A DNA stretch of 46,410 nt from a virus (taxonomy: Duplodnaviria > Caudoviricetes), in the IMG/VR virus record IMGVR_UViG_3300010376_000055, positions 1-46,410 of that record, one strand, 5' to 3'. The notes beneath the pieces are model-generated. The model worked only from the letters and a program-made list of their open reading frames with translations, searched no databases and was not told the origin of the DNA. Each line of letters begins with the position of its first letter. Position 1 is the stretch's first letter. This document shows positions 1 through 8,572 of the stretch, one piece after another. The position numbers and the translations under genes are program-made.

Positions 1-246
1 CTGCTTCGCCTTGTTCGATTCGGAAGTGATTTGCTGGATGGCCGGCGCGTTGGCTCTTGCGAGTGCTGCCGGGTCACCCGAGGAGAGTTTGCCGTAGTAC
101 GAAGTGGCCTTTTCGAGCCCTGGGAGTGACAGATTGAAGAGCGTCGAGCCCTCTTTGGCCGACTGCTGGCCCGTGGCTGACATCACGTTGGCGAGGTTCG
201 CCTGTGCTTGTTGGAGGTAATCGCTCTCCCCGCTTGGTTTTCCGAT
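1..246 (-). CDS. Probable DNA-ejection/internal virion protein, N-terminal part (runs off the window); predicted ATC start
   Basis: Open frame (M)GKPSGESDYLQQAQANLANVMSATGQQSAKEG...ARANAPAIQQITSESNKAKQ, A/Q/S-rich and helical. GAGGT lies 8 nt before ATC at 246. In-frame TAG at 279-277 with no ATG/GTG/TTG between it and the ATC. Position after tail and GNAT genes is typical of podovirus ejection proteins. Confidence 0.6.
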   Translation of the reverse strand, partial: MGKPSGESDYLQQAQANLANVMSATGQQSAKEGSTLFNLSLPGLEKATSYYGKLSSGDPAALARANAPAIQQITSESNKAKQ

Positions 247-323
247 TGGAGTGTACCTCGCTCTCTCCCAATGAGGCTACCGCTCTCAATCGATTATTTC
301 CATACGATTGTGCTGAAGACTAT

Positions 324-395
324 TAGAATAGGGGTGTCGGGTGCTCTAACACCCGGCTCACACCAACATCGGAGGCTAGTCCGATATGACACCCC
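324..395 (+). promoter_or_regulatory. -10 box plus structured leader of the HNH-AP2 gene
   Basis: TAGAAT at 324-329; AGGGGTGTCG pairs with TGACACCCCT spanning the ATG; GGTG-CTCTAA-CACC hairpin; ATCGGA/TCCGAT hairpin over the GGAGG SD. Confidence 0.55.
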
Positions 396-898
396 TCTCG
401 GAAGAGTATTTCACGATCCCACTCACTCGCGGACTTTCGGCTCTTGTGAGCCCTGAAGACTATCCGCTTGTCAGCCGTTTCAAGTGGTACGCAATGAAAA
501 CCAAAGGCAAGTTCTATGCCGTTCGAAAATCATCCATGAAGGACGGGAAGCGCCGACAGATTCTCATGCACCGCTATCTTCTTGGATTGCATTTTGGGGA
601 CAAGAGGCAGGGTGACCATGCTGACAATACCGCAACACTGGATAATCGCCGGAGCAACATTCGGATTGCCACTTGCACGCAAAACTCGTGGAATTCTGCT
701 ATGAAGACCTATAACAACATAGGGCTCAAGGGCGTCAGTATCGATAAGAAGGCGTCTGCGTTGCATCCGTACAGGGCACGAATAACGGTGGACAGAAAAC
801 AAATCTTGATCGGCTATTTTGCCGCTCCAGAATTAGCGCACGAGGCATACATAATCGAGGCGAAGAAGCGTTTTGGAGAGTTCGCCCGTTCGGCCTGA
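386..898 (+). CDS. HNH homing endonuclease with C-terminal AP2 domain
   Basis: MHRYLLG...GDHADNTATLDNRRSNIRIAT HNH motif; KGVS...YRARITVDRKQILIGYF...AHEAY...FGEFA AP2 motif; GGAGG SD. Confidence 0.9.
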   Translation: MTPLSEEYFTIPLTRGLSALVSPEDYPLVSRFKWYAMKTKGKFYAVRKSSMKDGKRRQILMHRYLLGLHFGDKRQGDHADNTATLDNRRSNIRIATCTQNSWNSAMKTYNNIGLKGVSIDKKASALHPYRARITVDRKQILIGYFAAPELAHEAYIIEAKKRFGEFARSA

Positions 899-1495
899 TT
901 ATTCTGGCACTGCCACACCATTCTTCGCCGCCCACGCTCGGAAGACTGGTAGAAAGTCAATGATGTCGAGTGTGGCCACGAGGGCCGAAACGAGCTTGCC
1001 GTTGTGGAAGTGAAACTTTGGAACGATTGCGGTAGGGACAAATCCCAGCTTTTCGGCGTATTTGATCGCCATCTTGTTTTCGGCAAGCATAACGCCGTGA
1101 ATGACGTTGATCTTGAGGCCGGTCATCCAGTAAGCGATGCCGAGCATGCCTAGATTGAAGACCTGTCGGCTCGGCTTAAAGAACGCGAATCCACACAGGG
1201 CCGCGCGCTCGTTGTCCACGCCTTTCGGCATCTCAACCCAGCAGTATCCAACCGGCTTCAGGTCCTTCTTTTCGTCCACTTCGCAGAGCACTTGAAGAAC
1301 CTTCTTATCGGGAGCGAACATGCGAATGAATTCGTCGTGGGTTGGAACGTCACCACAGAAGACAAGCGAAAGCCGTCCAGCGGACTGCGTCTCGTAGTAG
1401 AGATGCGAGAGCATGCCGTCGCGGTAGACCTGAGAGCCTTCGGTGAACGGCATCACGACGGCCTTGTCGGTCATGTACTCCCAGAGTTGGGTCAT
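899..1495 (-). CDS. GNAT-like acetyltransferase (virion-module associated)
   Basis: PVGYCW and HGVMLAENKMAIKYAEKLGF match the GNAT N..A..Y.KLGF motif; sits beside ejection genes. Confidence 0.6.
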   Translation of the reverse strand: MTQLWEYMTDKAVVMPFTEGSQVYRDGMLSHLYYETQSAGRLSLVFCGDVPTHDEFIRMFAPDKKVLQVLCEVDEKKDLKPVGYCWVEMPKGVDNERAALCGFAFFKPSRQVFNLGMLGIAYWMTGLKINVIHGVMLAENKMAIKYAEKLGFVPTAIVPKFHFHNGKLVSALVATLDIIDFLPVFRAWAAKNGVAVPE

Positions 1496-1761
1496 AGCTC
1501 TTTGCCTTTCCGGCTCATCGCCTGGGCCACGAGCCCCTTGTGCACTCCCATCAAATGCGCGTGTTGCTGCTTGACGTGTGCTTCGAACTGCTCAAGGCTC
1601 CCGTTGTAGCGGTCTCGGAGCATCTGTGCGTCGATGCCGTACTGCTTTATCGGGCCTTCGTACGTCACGCCGTCGAGCTGGGAAACCGAGTAGATGTGAT
1701 AGGTCACGTAGCCGGTTTCCGAGTGTACCTGGACGTCTTTGACGATGATCTTGGCTTCCAT
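1492..1761 (-). CDS. Hypothetical protein
   Basis: 89 aa ORF, GGAG SD, ATGA overlap with the next gene. Confidence 0.7.
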   Translation of the reverse strand: MEAKIIVKDVQVHSETGYVTYHIYSVSQLDGVTYEGPIKQYGIDAQMLRDRYNGSLEQFEAHVKQQHAHLMGVHKGLVAQAMSRKGKEL

Positions 1762-1781
1762 GGTTACTCCAAAATTTGGAC

Positions 1782-2714
1782 TCAGAAGAAACTTCCGGCC
1801 GTCGGGCTTCCTACAATCGGGCTTCCGCCGCCGCCCGACTGAGCGACCTGTCCTCCGGAAGCCGTGACCACTACCACGGCCACGATCGCGAAGCCGTCAA
1901 AGTTCACCTGCAGCCGGTTCTGAAGCGTGTCGGCCGCGAACGGACCCAAGAGGCTTACAAACGTCGTCCGCTTCTTGACGGCGTAGTAATACACCCCGTT
2001 CACCTGAATGTTGCCGCTGGTCTCGGTTCCCGAGGCCCCTGGATCCTGCCACTCAAGCACCGCCCCGCCCGAGGACGAAGAGATGATCTGGAACGTTCCT
2101 GCATAGCTCGGATTAGTCGCCGGGGCGACTGTCATGATCTCACCGGCCACAAGCCCCGTAGCGGCTCCGTTGTACGTGACGACGCCTCCCGAAACGGCAA
2201 GCGACGTGATCGCGTACTGGGCCGGTAGGGAAAGAAGGTCCGTTCGGCCCTGCAGCTTCACCGAGGTTCCGTCGGCGAACTGGAAGATGCCCGAGGGCAG
2301 GGAAACCTGCACTCCTCCGGAGACGTTGGTGATCGTAGGAAAGAGATTGTTGGCCGAAGGGGGAGCGCTCATCAAGTCGTTGAGCCAGCTTGACTGCTGT
2401 TCCCGCTGGGTCTTGTTGTTCATCTGCCGGTAGCTCTTGAGCGGAGTCGCCTGGTTCGATTCAAGCTGCGGAGCCAGAGCGGCTGCCGAATACCGGCTGG
2501 ATGCGATTGCGCTCGAGATGACATCGTCAGGATCGACTGGAGCGCCGACTCCCTTGATGTTCTTTCCCTTCATGTTGATGTGGTCGGCGAACTCGATTTC
2601 ACCGTTGTATCCGGAATGATAGTTGATCGTATCCGTAAGCTGGTTCAACCACTGCTGGAAGTCGGGGTCGACTCCGTCAAAGTTGCGCTTCGGGAGTTGA
2701 TTCGGGAGAGGCAC
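1782..2714 (-). CDS. Putative tail/virion structural protein; probable leaderless GTG start at 2714
   Basis: Long ORF with INMKGKNIKGVGAPVDPDD (fibre-neck-like motif) and a beta-rich C-terminus; TG-n-TATTCT lies 6 nt upstream of the GTG. Confidence 0.6.
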   Translation of the reverse strand: MPLPNQLPKRNFDGVDPDFQQWLNQLTDTINYHSGYNGEIEFADHINMKGKNIKGVGAPVDPDDVISSAIASSRYSAAALAPQLESNQATPLKSYRQMNNKTQREQQSSWLNDLMSAPPSANNLFPTITNVSGGVQVSLPSGIFQFADGTSVKLQGRTDLLSLPAQYAITSLAVSGGVVTYNGAATGLVAGEIMTVAPATNPSYAGTFQIISSSSGGAVLEWQDPGASGTETSGNIQVNGVYYYAVKKRTTFVSLLGPFAADTLQNRLQVNFDGFAIVAVVVVTASGGQVAQSGGGGSPIVGSPTAGSFF

Positions 2715-2748
2715 GAGGGAAGAATAGCATGTATGTTGCAAATAGGGT

Positions 2749-2776
2749 AAAAGGCCGTGGATTCCGCCACGGCCCT
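2749..2776 (-). terminator. Rho-independent terminator
   Basis: GGGCCGTGG-CGGAAT-CCACGGCCT followed by TTT. Confidence 0.7.
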
Positions 2777-2887
2777 ATTCTTGCCAGCCGTACACAGCAG
2801 GAATTTAATGGTCAGCTCAGAGGGTAAATTGGGGTAGGATGCAGCTACGCAGACAATTTGACAGGACTGGCTGTTGGCAGGATCATA

Positions 2888-3106
2888 TCACGGTTCTTCC
2901 GGAACCGTGAATCCGGACAACTTGAAGTTCATCCGCGGGTTGACCACAATGACATTCGCCGCAAAGTAGTAGAAGTCCTCGAAGGCCAAGTGCCTAATGG
3001 TTTCAAGGTCTGGACCGGGATCTAGGAACACCGCCGGTTTGGCAACCGCCGTGACCACTGCACCGGCAAGCGACTTAAGGAATGATCGGCGGTTCATAGG
3101 CTCCAC
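2888..3106 (-). CDS. Small protein with twin-arginine-like N-terminus
   Basis: MNRRSFLKSLAGAVVTAVA motif. Confidence 0.55.
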   Translation of the reverse strand: MEPMNRRSFLKSLAGAVVTAVAKPAVFLDPGPDLETIRHLAFEDFYYFAANVIVVNPRMNFKLSGFTVPEEP

Positions 3107-3504
3107 TTCGAAATCTCTTCAGCCTTACGCCTTGTTTCAATGTGGGGAGTACCGAATCCGGAAGAATCTTTCTGCATCCGGTCAATCTCCGCTTCGCATT
3201 CAGAAATCCGATTCAGGTAAAACTGTTCGACCCATACATGGTCGAATATCGTTCTTCCTAACGACATCCGTTGATGCATAAGGTGATACGGTTTTTGGGG
3301 ATCAATGACAATGCAGTCTACTCTGAGCTTCCGCTCGATGCATAGACGCCGGAATCTGTCGGCCTGCATCACGTCAACAAAAACCACTCTGTCTCCGTCC
3401 TTGACCGACTCAAGGAGTGTTGTGGTTCTACCGGTTCGACGGCAAGAACGGAAGTAAATCTCGGCCACGGCCCTGATGGCGTTGCCGATTCCAAAGTGAT
3501 CCAT
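3094..3504 (-). CDS. Hypothetical protein with degenerate P-loop-like motif
   Basis: GGAGG SD before ATG 3504; RRTGRTTTLL followed by RVVFV and IFDH. Confidence 0.6.
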   Translation of the reverse strand: MDHFGIGNAIRAVAEIYFRSCRRTGRTTTLLESVKDGDRVVFVDVMQADRFRRLCIERKLRVDCIVIDPQKPYHLMHQRMSLGRTIFDHVWVEQFYLNRISECEAEIDRMQKDSSGFGTPHIETRRKAEEISKWSL

Positions 3505-3747
3505 TGACCCTCCAAATAAAACCGGCGGCTGCATCATCACCGCCGGGTACTGCGCTGTACGGGCCTTGAACTCCGGCTACTCGTCGGCATACGTCTTAGC
3601 TCTTTCTCTAACGGATGCTCGCTAGTCCCTTGCGGGAGGCTCCTTCCAACGTATCTGAGGAGCGCAATCCTGCTCGAATTTCGCCTCAAGTGTCGTGTTT
3701 CTGCGGTACTTTGCAGGGAGGCCACGACTGCCCTCTCGGTGGAATCT

Positions 3748-3822
3748 TGGTTCCGGGGGCGGGACTCGAACCCGCGACCTGAGAGTTATGAGCCCTCCGC
3801 GCTGCCACTGCGCTACCCCGGT
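3748..3822 (-). tRNA. tRNA-Met(CAT), initiator (fMet)-like
   Basis: Full cloverleaf ACCGGGG TA GCGC AGTGGCA GCGC G GAGGG CTCATAA CTCTC AGGTC GCGGG TTCGAGT CCCGC CCCCGGA A CCA; A1xA72 mismatch, A73, GGG at 29-31, encoded CCA. Confidence 0.92.
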
Positions 3823-3855
3823 TCACAACAACAGTAGCCTATGTTGCAGGTGGCG

Positions 3856-4596
3856 TCAATTCGGTCGGCGGATAACTCTTGCGGGAGTGAATACTGCACG
3901 TTTTTCATCCCAGCCTAAAACCTCAATGCGGTCCCGGATCAACCCGTACTTTAGACCGCTTATATCTGACCACTCTAAGAGACACCTGGTTTGTCCATCG
4001 ATGGTTATCAAATAGTTGTTCCGGCGATTACGCGCCTGCTCTTTTCGTGTCGCCCATCGACAGTTGGAAGGTTCATAGTCCCCATCGTTATTTATTCTAT
4101 CGAGTTGGTGACCGGGAGACGGCCGTTTTCCCATATCAAGCAGAAAGTTCGCGTATCCATCAGTGCCCATCCAACGATGGCATACACGTATTCCGCGTCC
4201 ACCATAATCCAGGTATCTATTTGCGCTCGGATGACAACATCTTCTGATCATCATCCTCCAAACACCTCGCTCAGGGTGCTGCGAACAATAGTTCCTAGAC
4301 TCCTGCCTTCTCTTTTCAGGATCTTCCCAGTACCTATCCGCTCGCTTCTTTTTGCTTTCCTCGCGATGCGCCTCGTGCCATTCCTTAATTCGTTTCCTGT
4401 AAGCCGCATGAGCCTCAGGGGTGGATGTTACTTTTGCTCTATAGTTTGTGAGCCACCGATCACCGTTCTTCTTCCAATTCCTTCTAGAACTTTCTCGCTT
4501 GCATTCTGGGCAACCCTTCAGATCTCTGCTGTAGAAATGAAGTCCGTTGCGACATAGTTTGAATGGGAGTGGTACAGTGTTTTCGGAGGGTGTCAT
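3856..4596 (-). CDS. HNH endonuclease (YGGRGI family)
   Basis: YGGRGIRVCHRW...LDRINNDGDYEPSNCRWATRKEQARN; N-terminal CRNG/CPEC zinc motif; GGAG SD before ATG 4596. Confidence 0.88.
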   Translation of the reverse strand: MTPSENTVPLPFKLCRNGLHFYSRDLKGCPECKRESSRRNWKKNGDRWLTNYRAKVTSTPEAHAAYRKRIKEWHEAHREESKKKRADRYWEDPEKRRQESRNYCSQHPERGVWRMMIRRCCHPSANRYLDYGGRGIRVCHRWMGTDGYANFLLDMGKRPSPGHQLDRINNDGDYEPSNCRWATRKEQARNRRNNYLITIDGQTRCLLEWSDISGLKYGLIRDRIEVLGWDEKRAVFTPARVIRRPN

Positions 4597-4657
4597 GCTC
4601 GCTCCTGTAAGCGGGTAGGCTTCGTCCGGTGCTACAACACCTGACACCCTTATTCTA
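4587..4657 (-). promoter_or_regulatory. -10 box plus structured leader homologous to 324-395
   Basis: TAGAAT at 4657-4652; AGGGTGTCA pairs with TGACACCCT at the ATG; GGTG-TTGTAG-CACC hairpin; CGCTT/GAGCG hairpin over the SD. Confidence 0.55.
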
Positions 4658-4665
4658 AATCCATT

Positions 4666-7600
4666 TCAGTTTGGGACAAGCATAGTTTTTTCATACCCAC
4701 GCCCGACACAAACGACCTTAAACCAAATACACGTCTCTTCCCACAACTGGAAATCCTCATCTGAAGTGCCAACTATCCGAATCATGCGATATAGAACCGC
4801 CGGCAATCTTTGCCGCATCGATTGGCGTATACCCCCCGTGGAAGGCAGTGTGAATGTAAATCTAGGCGCGTTAGCCCCATCATACGAGACGCGAACGGTG
4901 ATAGGTGCTGTTGACGTGTATTCATAGAAAGAGTCTCGCGCGAATTTACAATCTGTGCTTCCTTGAGACAACCAATAGGTATCGAAGCTCTTCCGCGTCT
5001 TCGCGAGAGGGATTGCCCTGATCGAGCACTGCCACAGGTACACGCGCGCCGTGCAGCTCCCGGTGATTTGGAGTGAGCACTTGTAGAAGTCGAAGCCGTC
5101 TCCCGCGTTGAGAGTGAAGTTGATCTTTTCTCGCTCGGTTGACGAGAACGTTCCGATGACTTCAGTGGTTTCCCCGTCGTCAAAGAGCAGCGTGGCCGTC
5201 AGGGTCTCTCCGTTGGTGTTAGCGTCAATCGTCAGCTCGTTGTAGTTCTTTTGAATATCCGGCATGCCCTGGTTCTGATAGCCGGATTGGAGATCGATGG
5301 CGATTGGAGAATGAATGATCGACAGCCCGTCCACGCTCGGCTGTTCGTCGTAGCCGAGGTTCTGCCGGTCAAGGTGGATAGACCCGAAAGAATCTCCGTA
5401 AGTCAGGTAGTTGACGTCATCTTCAAGGAAGATACACTGAGCGTCCGCATCGTCATTCCTCCAGCGCTTGTACTGGGTGTGCGCGATCTGGCGGTGACGG
5501 TTTCCGTCAACACCGATATAGCTGAAGAACAGCATGTTGTTCCAGTACGCGCCCACGGTGCTCGATAGTTGAGTCTGGTCGGCCTCTACGATCGGCGTTT
5601 GGCCGATGCCTTGCCAGATGAACTCGACATCTTGGGTAAGGTACGTGGACTCTCCGCCGGCAAAGAAGCGGATCCCGTCGATCGCCTGGTAGTAGACTCC
5701 CGCCTCGGTGAGGATGAAGCCGTGCGGAGCCACGCAGCCGAACTTTGCGGCCGTAGGGTAGACCGTTGGGCTTCCGTTCGCGTTCGTCCCTGGCGCAATA
5801 GCCCACCAGAATTTACGAGTTGAGACGAAGAGGTTGCCTTTGATCTTAATGACGCAAGTAATCGGGTCATCCGGGGTTCCTACCTCGATGTTGTTCGCGG
5901 CTCCCACGGCCTGCGGGTTGTTCTTGGTGCTCCAGTAGAGAAAGTGCGGGTTGTTCTTGTCCCCCGCGTACCACATCTGCCCGTACGCCTCGGCGATGAT
6001 GGTCACCGGCAAACCGATCTGAGCGACCGCCATCACGGGTTCGTTGGCAAGATGGGTATTCTGCACGAAGGCCGTGAAGTGGTCGCCGAATACTTCCTGC
6101 ACGATCACGGTTTCGAAGTTGTTCTGGATGGCTGTCGGCGTCCCCAAGGTCACAAGCTGCCGAACCGAGATATTCGCCATCGAGACCGGCGTCACACTGA
6201 CCACCTGGTTCGTAGTGCTGATCGCGTTTATAAGTGTCGTGTTGACTGGGTCTGTAAGATCGCTGGTTACCGGAACATCGTTCACAAGCGAGAGGAAGTC
6301 TGAGCCCTGAATGTCGGCGTCCGAACTCGTGTCCAGATAATTGATCGTTCCGCCCAGTCCAATATTGATCGGAATCGTGTCGACCCTTCGCCAGTTGTCC
6401 CCGAGAGTTCCTCCCTTTCGGTAGAGGCGGGCATGCGTGATCTGGGTATCGACGTAATTGATGTTTCCCGGCCCGAAGGCCGTGAGTGTCATCGAAACCT
6501 GAATCGGCTGTCGCCGCGGTGTGACCCAGTTCGTGTTTGACGGGTAGTTGACGTTCGTCATTTCGGCTGAGCCGTTCGACTCTGTGCCGTCGTTCGCGTT
6601 GTAGAACGTCCAGCGGTAGTCGTAGGCCACGCCGCCGAGTGAATCTGGACCAGCTCCTCCGAACAGCAACAGGGAGGCCACGGTGATCGTCACCGAGGTC
6701 TGGTCGTTCGTGACAATCGTGATCTGGTAGCCATTGACGTTTTGCCAGTTGAAGACGGGATCCGAGAAGTCGGCGCGACCGCTTCCGGCAAAGTCGGAAA
6801 GTTGGAACAGGAACGGCGTCCAGCTATTCAGGCCGCTGTTTAGCCCGGCAATTCCGCTGGCATCGTTGCTGTAGACTCCGATCGCGTCCGAGAGGATTGC
6901 GTCGGTCGCGGCCGTAGCCGGCTGGTTCACCGTGTTCAGCAGGTTTTGAAGCGGACCCTGAGCGATGACCTTGTAGAAATAGTCGGTATTGAAGGACCCG
7001 TCCCCGCAGTCGAACTTGATGGTCACCGAGTTGATTTGCGTCGGGTCGCTTATTTGCATCAGGATGCCGATGTAGTCGGCCTGGGCAAGCGTCGTCGGCC
7101 ACGCAGAGATAGGCGTTCCGCCAAAGGACTTGGCCACGGTTGCCGTGGTGCTCGCCGGGACGGTTGCCTGCAGCGCGCGGCCCGTGACGATGGCCCCTAT
7201 GGGGTGAGTCGCCGTGAACTCCGCGATGAACCCGGTGGAGGTCACCTGAAGAACGATTACCGTTTCAGCTCCAATTGTCACTAGCTGGAACGGGAAGAGC
7301 ATTGCCGGGTTGGCAACCGACACGGCATTCACGCCGATAGCCGCCGCAGAAGTCAGCGGCGTCGAGAAGTAATTCAGGATCGATGGGGTGACTACTCCGG
7401 TCAGAGTGTAATCGGCAGTCGTGCCGGTGTAGTTGTCGAGAATGATCTCATCCGGCGCCTGGGCCTGTGCGATCGCGGGGTACTGCGGCTGAAAGATTCC
7501 GTTCTGCTGGGGAGTCGCGTAGCTGCCGTTGTCCTTGATCATCCCCGCCGCGTCGGCGATGAACATAGTCGGAGCGCTCGAAAGGTCTGGCCGGTAGATC

Positions 7601-7953
7601 GCGGCCATCCACGGCTGGCCGCTCATGGTGCTGGAGATTTGGCTGTAAGCTGCAGGCCCGGGTCCGGTCTGGCGGAAGAGCCCGGTTCCAGCTCCGCCGT
7701 AGCGCCAGGTCTGTCCAGCCAGCCCTCCCAGCTTGAAGATTGAGTGTACGAGCCCGGGAAGGGGTTTCGGTACGGTTCCGGATTTGTTGAGAAGAGTACT
7801 GCCGAGGCGCTGAGAGAACGAGTTCTCGGCAAGCTCTTCGAGGTTGTCGAGATTCAGATAGGATTCGGGATCGAGCGTATCGTCCGCAGGTCGGGCCTGT
7901 ATACCTTTGGAACGAAACAGAAACGGGAACTCGCGATACACCTGATCCGGCAT
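4666..7953 (-). CDS. Large tail protein (tail tubular B / P22 gp10-like DNA-stabilisation, beta-propeller type)
   Basis: 1095 aa; N-terminal LNLDNL...SQRLGS pattern, LYWS...P and GCVAPHG..GVYY..DGIRFF repeats typical of podovirus nozzle proteins. Confidence 0.7.
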   Translation of the reverse strand: MPDQVYREFPFLFRSKGIQARPADDTLDPESYLNLDNLEELAENSFSQRLGSTLLNKSGTVPKPLPGLVHSIFKLGGLAGQTWRYGGAGTGLFRQTGPGPAAYSQISSTMSGQPWMAAIYRPDLSSAPTMFIADAAGMIKDNGSYATPQQNGIFQPQYPAIAQAQAPDEIILDNYTGTTADYTLTGVVTPSILNYFSTPLTSAAAIGVNAVSVANPAMLFPFQLVTIGAETVIVLQVTSTGFIAEFTATHPIGAIVTGRALQATVPASTTATVAKSFGGTPISAWPTTLAQADYIGILMQISDPTQINSVTIKFDCGDGSFNTDYFYKVIAQGPLQNLLNTVNQPATAATDAILSDAIGVYSNDASGIAGLNSGLNSWTPFLFQLSDFAGSGRADFSDPVFNWQNVNGYQITIVTNDQTSVTITVASLLLFGGAGPDSLGGVAYDYRWTFYNANDGTESNGSAEMTNVNYPSNTNWVTPRRQPIQVSMTLTAFGPGNINYVDTQITHARLYRKGGTLGDNWRRVDTIPINIGLGGTINYLDTSSDADIQGSDFLSLVNDVPVTSDLTDPVNTTLINAISTTNQVVSVTPVSMANISVRQLVTLGTPTAIQNNFETVIVQEVFGDHFTAFVQNTHLANEPVMAVAQIGLPVTIIAEAYGQMWYAGDKNNPHFLYWSTKNNPQAVGAANNIEVGTPDDPITCVIKIKGNLFVSTRKFWWAIAPGTNANGSPTVYPTAAKFGCVAPHGFILTEAGVYYQAIDGIRFFAGGESTYLTQDVEFIWQGIGQTPIVEADQTQLSSTVGAYWNNMLFFSYIGVDGNRHRQIAHTQYKRWRNDDADAQCIFLEDDVNYLTYGDSFGSIHLDRQNLGYDEQPSVDGLSIIHSPIAIDLQSGYQNQGMPDIQKNYNELTIDANTNGETLTATLLFDDGETTEVIGTFSSTEREKINFTLNAGDGFDFYKCSLQITGSCTARVYLWQCSIRAIPLAKTRKSFDTYWLSQGSTDCKFARDSFYEYTSTAPITVRVSYDGANAPRFTFTLPSTGGIRQSMRQRLPAVLYRMIRIVGTSDEDFQLWEETCIWFKVVCVGRGYEKTMLVPN

Positions 7954-7977
7954 GCGGCTAGAATAGCCGCCAGAAAA

Positions 7978-8232
7978 TCACCGCGCTACATGAATCAGCG
8001 CTTTCGGCCCTTCCTTGACCAGAGCCTTGCAAAGACAGGAGCCGTCCCACCATGCGTATTTAGCATTCGGGTCGAAGTACGGGCGGAGGAACGTAGGCCT
8101 GGTTACGTTGAACCAGAACGAGAAAGCAAGACTGTCCATGACAATCTGCTCGCCGATCGAGAGCCGTACACGCACTTCTCCGCTCGGTGAACGGTAGTAG
8201 CTCTCTGTCAGCATGACTCTCTCTTCGCTCAC
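7978..8232 (-). CDS. Hypothetical protein
   Basis: 84 aa ORF coupled (GTGA) to the upstream gene, GAGG SD. Confidence 0.5.
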   Translation of the reverse strand: MSEERVMLTESYYRSPSGEVRVRLSIGEQIVMDSLAFSFWFNVTRPTFLRPYFDPNAKYAWWDGSCLCKALVKEGPKALIHVAR

Positions 8233-8570
8233 GGTTCCTCCACGAGCAGCGGCATCTCGTCAGGTTTCACAACTTGAAGATGACTGGGAGCAAGCGGCGT
8301 TCCGAAGGTCAGCAGGGTTAGGACCACATCCGCACCTTCCGCGATTGCCTTCCGCTCTTCGTCCGTGAGCCTCCAGCGGGACAGGACCGGCTGCGATGGC
8401 CGCTTGATAGCGACCACTTCGGCAAGTCGCGTGTGACCGGCCCACACTTTCCATATCTTCTCTTCCGTGTTGAGATACACGGCTGGAAGCGGGATGTACT
8501 CCTGCTGCTGTTCGCCGTAGACCTTCTCTATCGGCTGAGACCCAGGCATTACCGGCGAAACTGGCTCCAT
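8229..8570 (-). CDS. Hypothetical phage protein
   Basis: GAGG SD; YGEQQQEYIPLPA...SRWRLTDEERKAIAEG pattern seen in small phage proteins. Confidence 0.7.
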   Translation of the reverse strand: MEPVSPVMPGSQPIEKVYGEQQQEYIPLPAVYLNTEEKIWKVWAGHTRLAEVVAIKRPSQPVLSRWRLTDEERKAIAEGADVVLTLLTFGTPLAPSHLQVVKPDEMPLLVEEP

Positions 8571-8572
8571 GG

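Noticed and set aside
2780-2885. CsrB/RsmZ-like sponge on the plus strand (four AGGA motifs)
   Set aside because: The terminator polarity is minus-strand, there is no plus-strand terminator, and the GGA motifs are not clearly in hairpin loops
3537-3725. 62-aa ORF downstream of the tRNA
   Set aside because: Has a possible SD but is low-complexity Arg/Ser-rich with no supporting features; left uncalled
3748-3822. tRNA-Ile2 (lysidine) or a tRNA decoding AUC directly
   Set aside because: The anticodon is CAU, not GAU, and the 1-72 mismatch and GGG anticodon stem favour the initiator type
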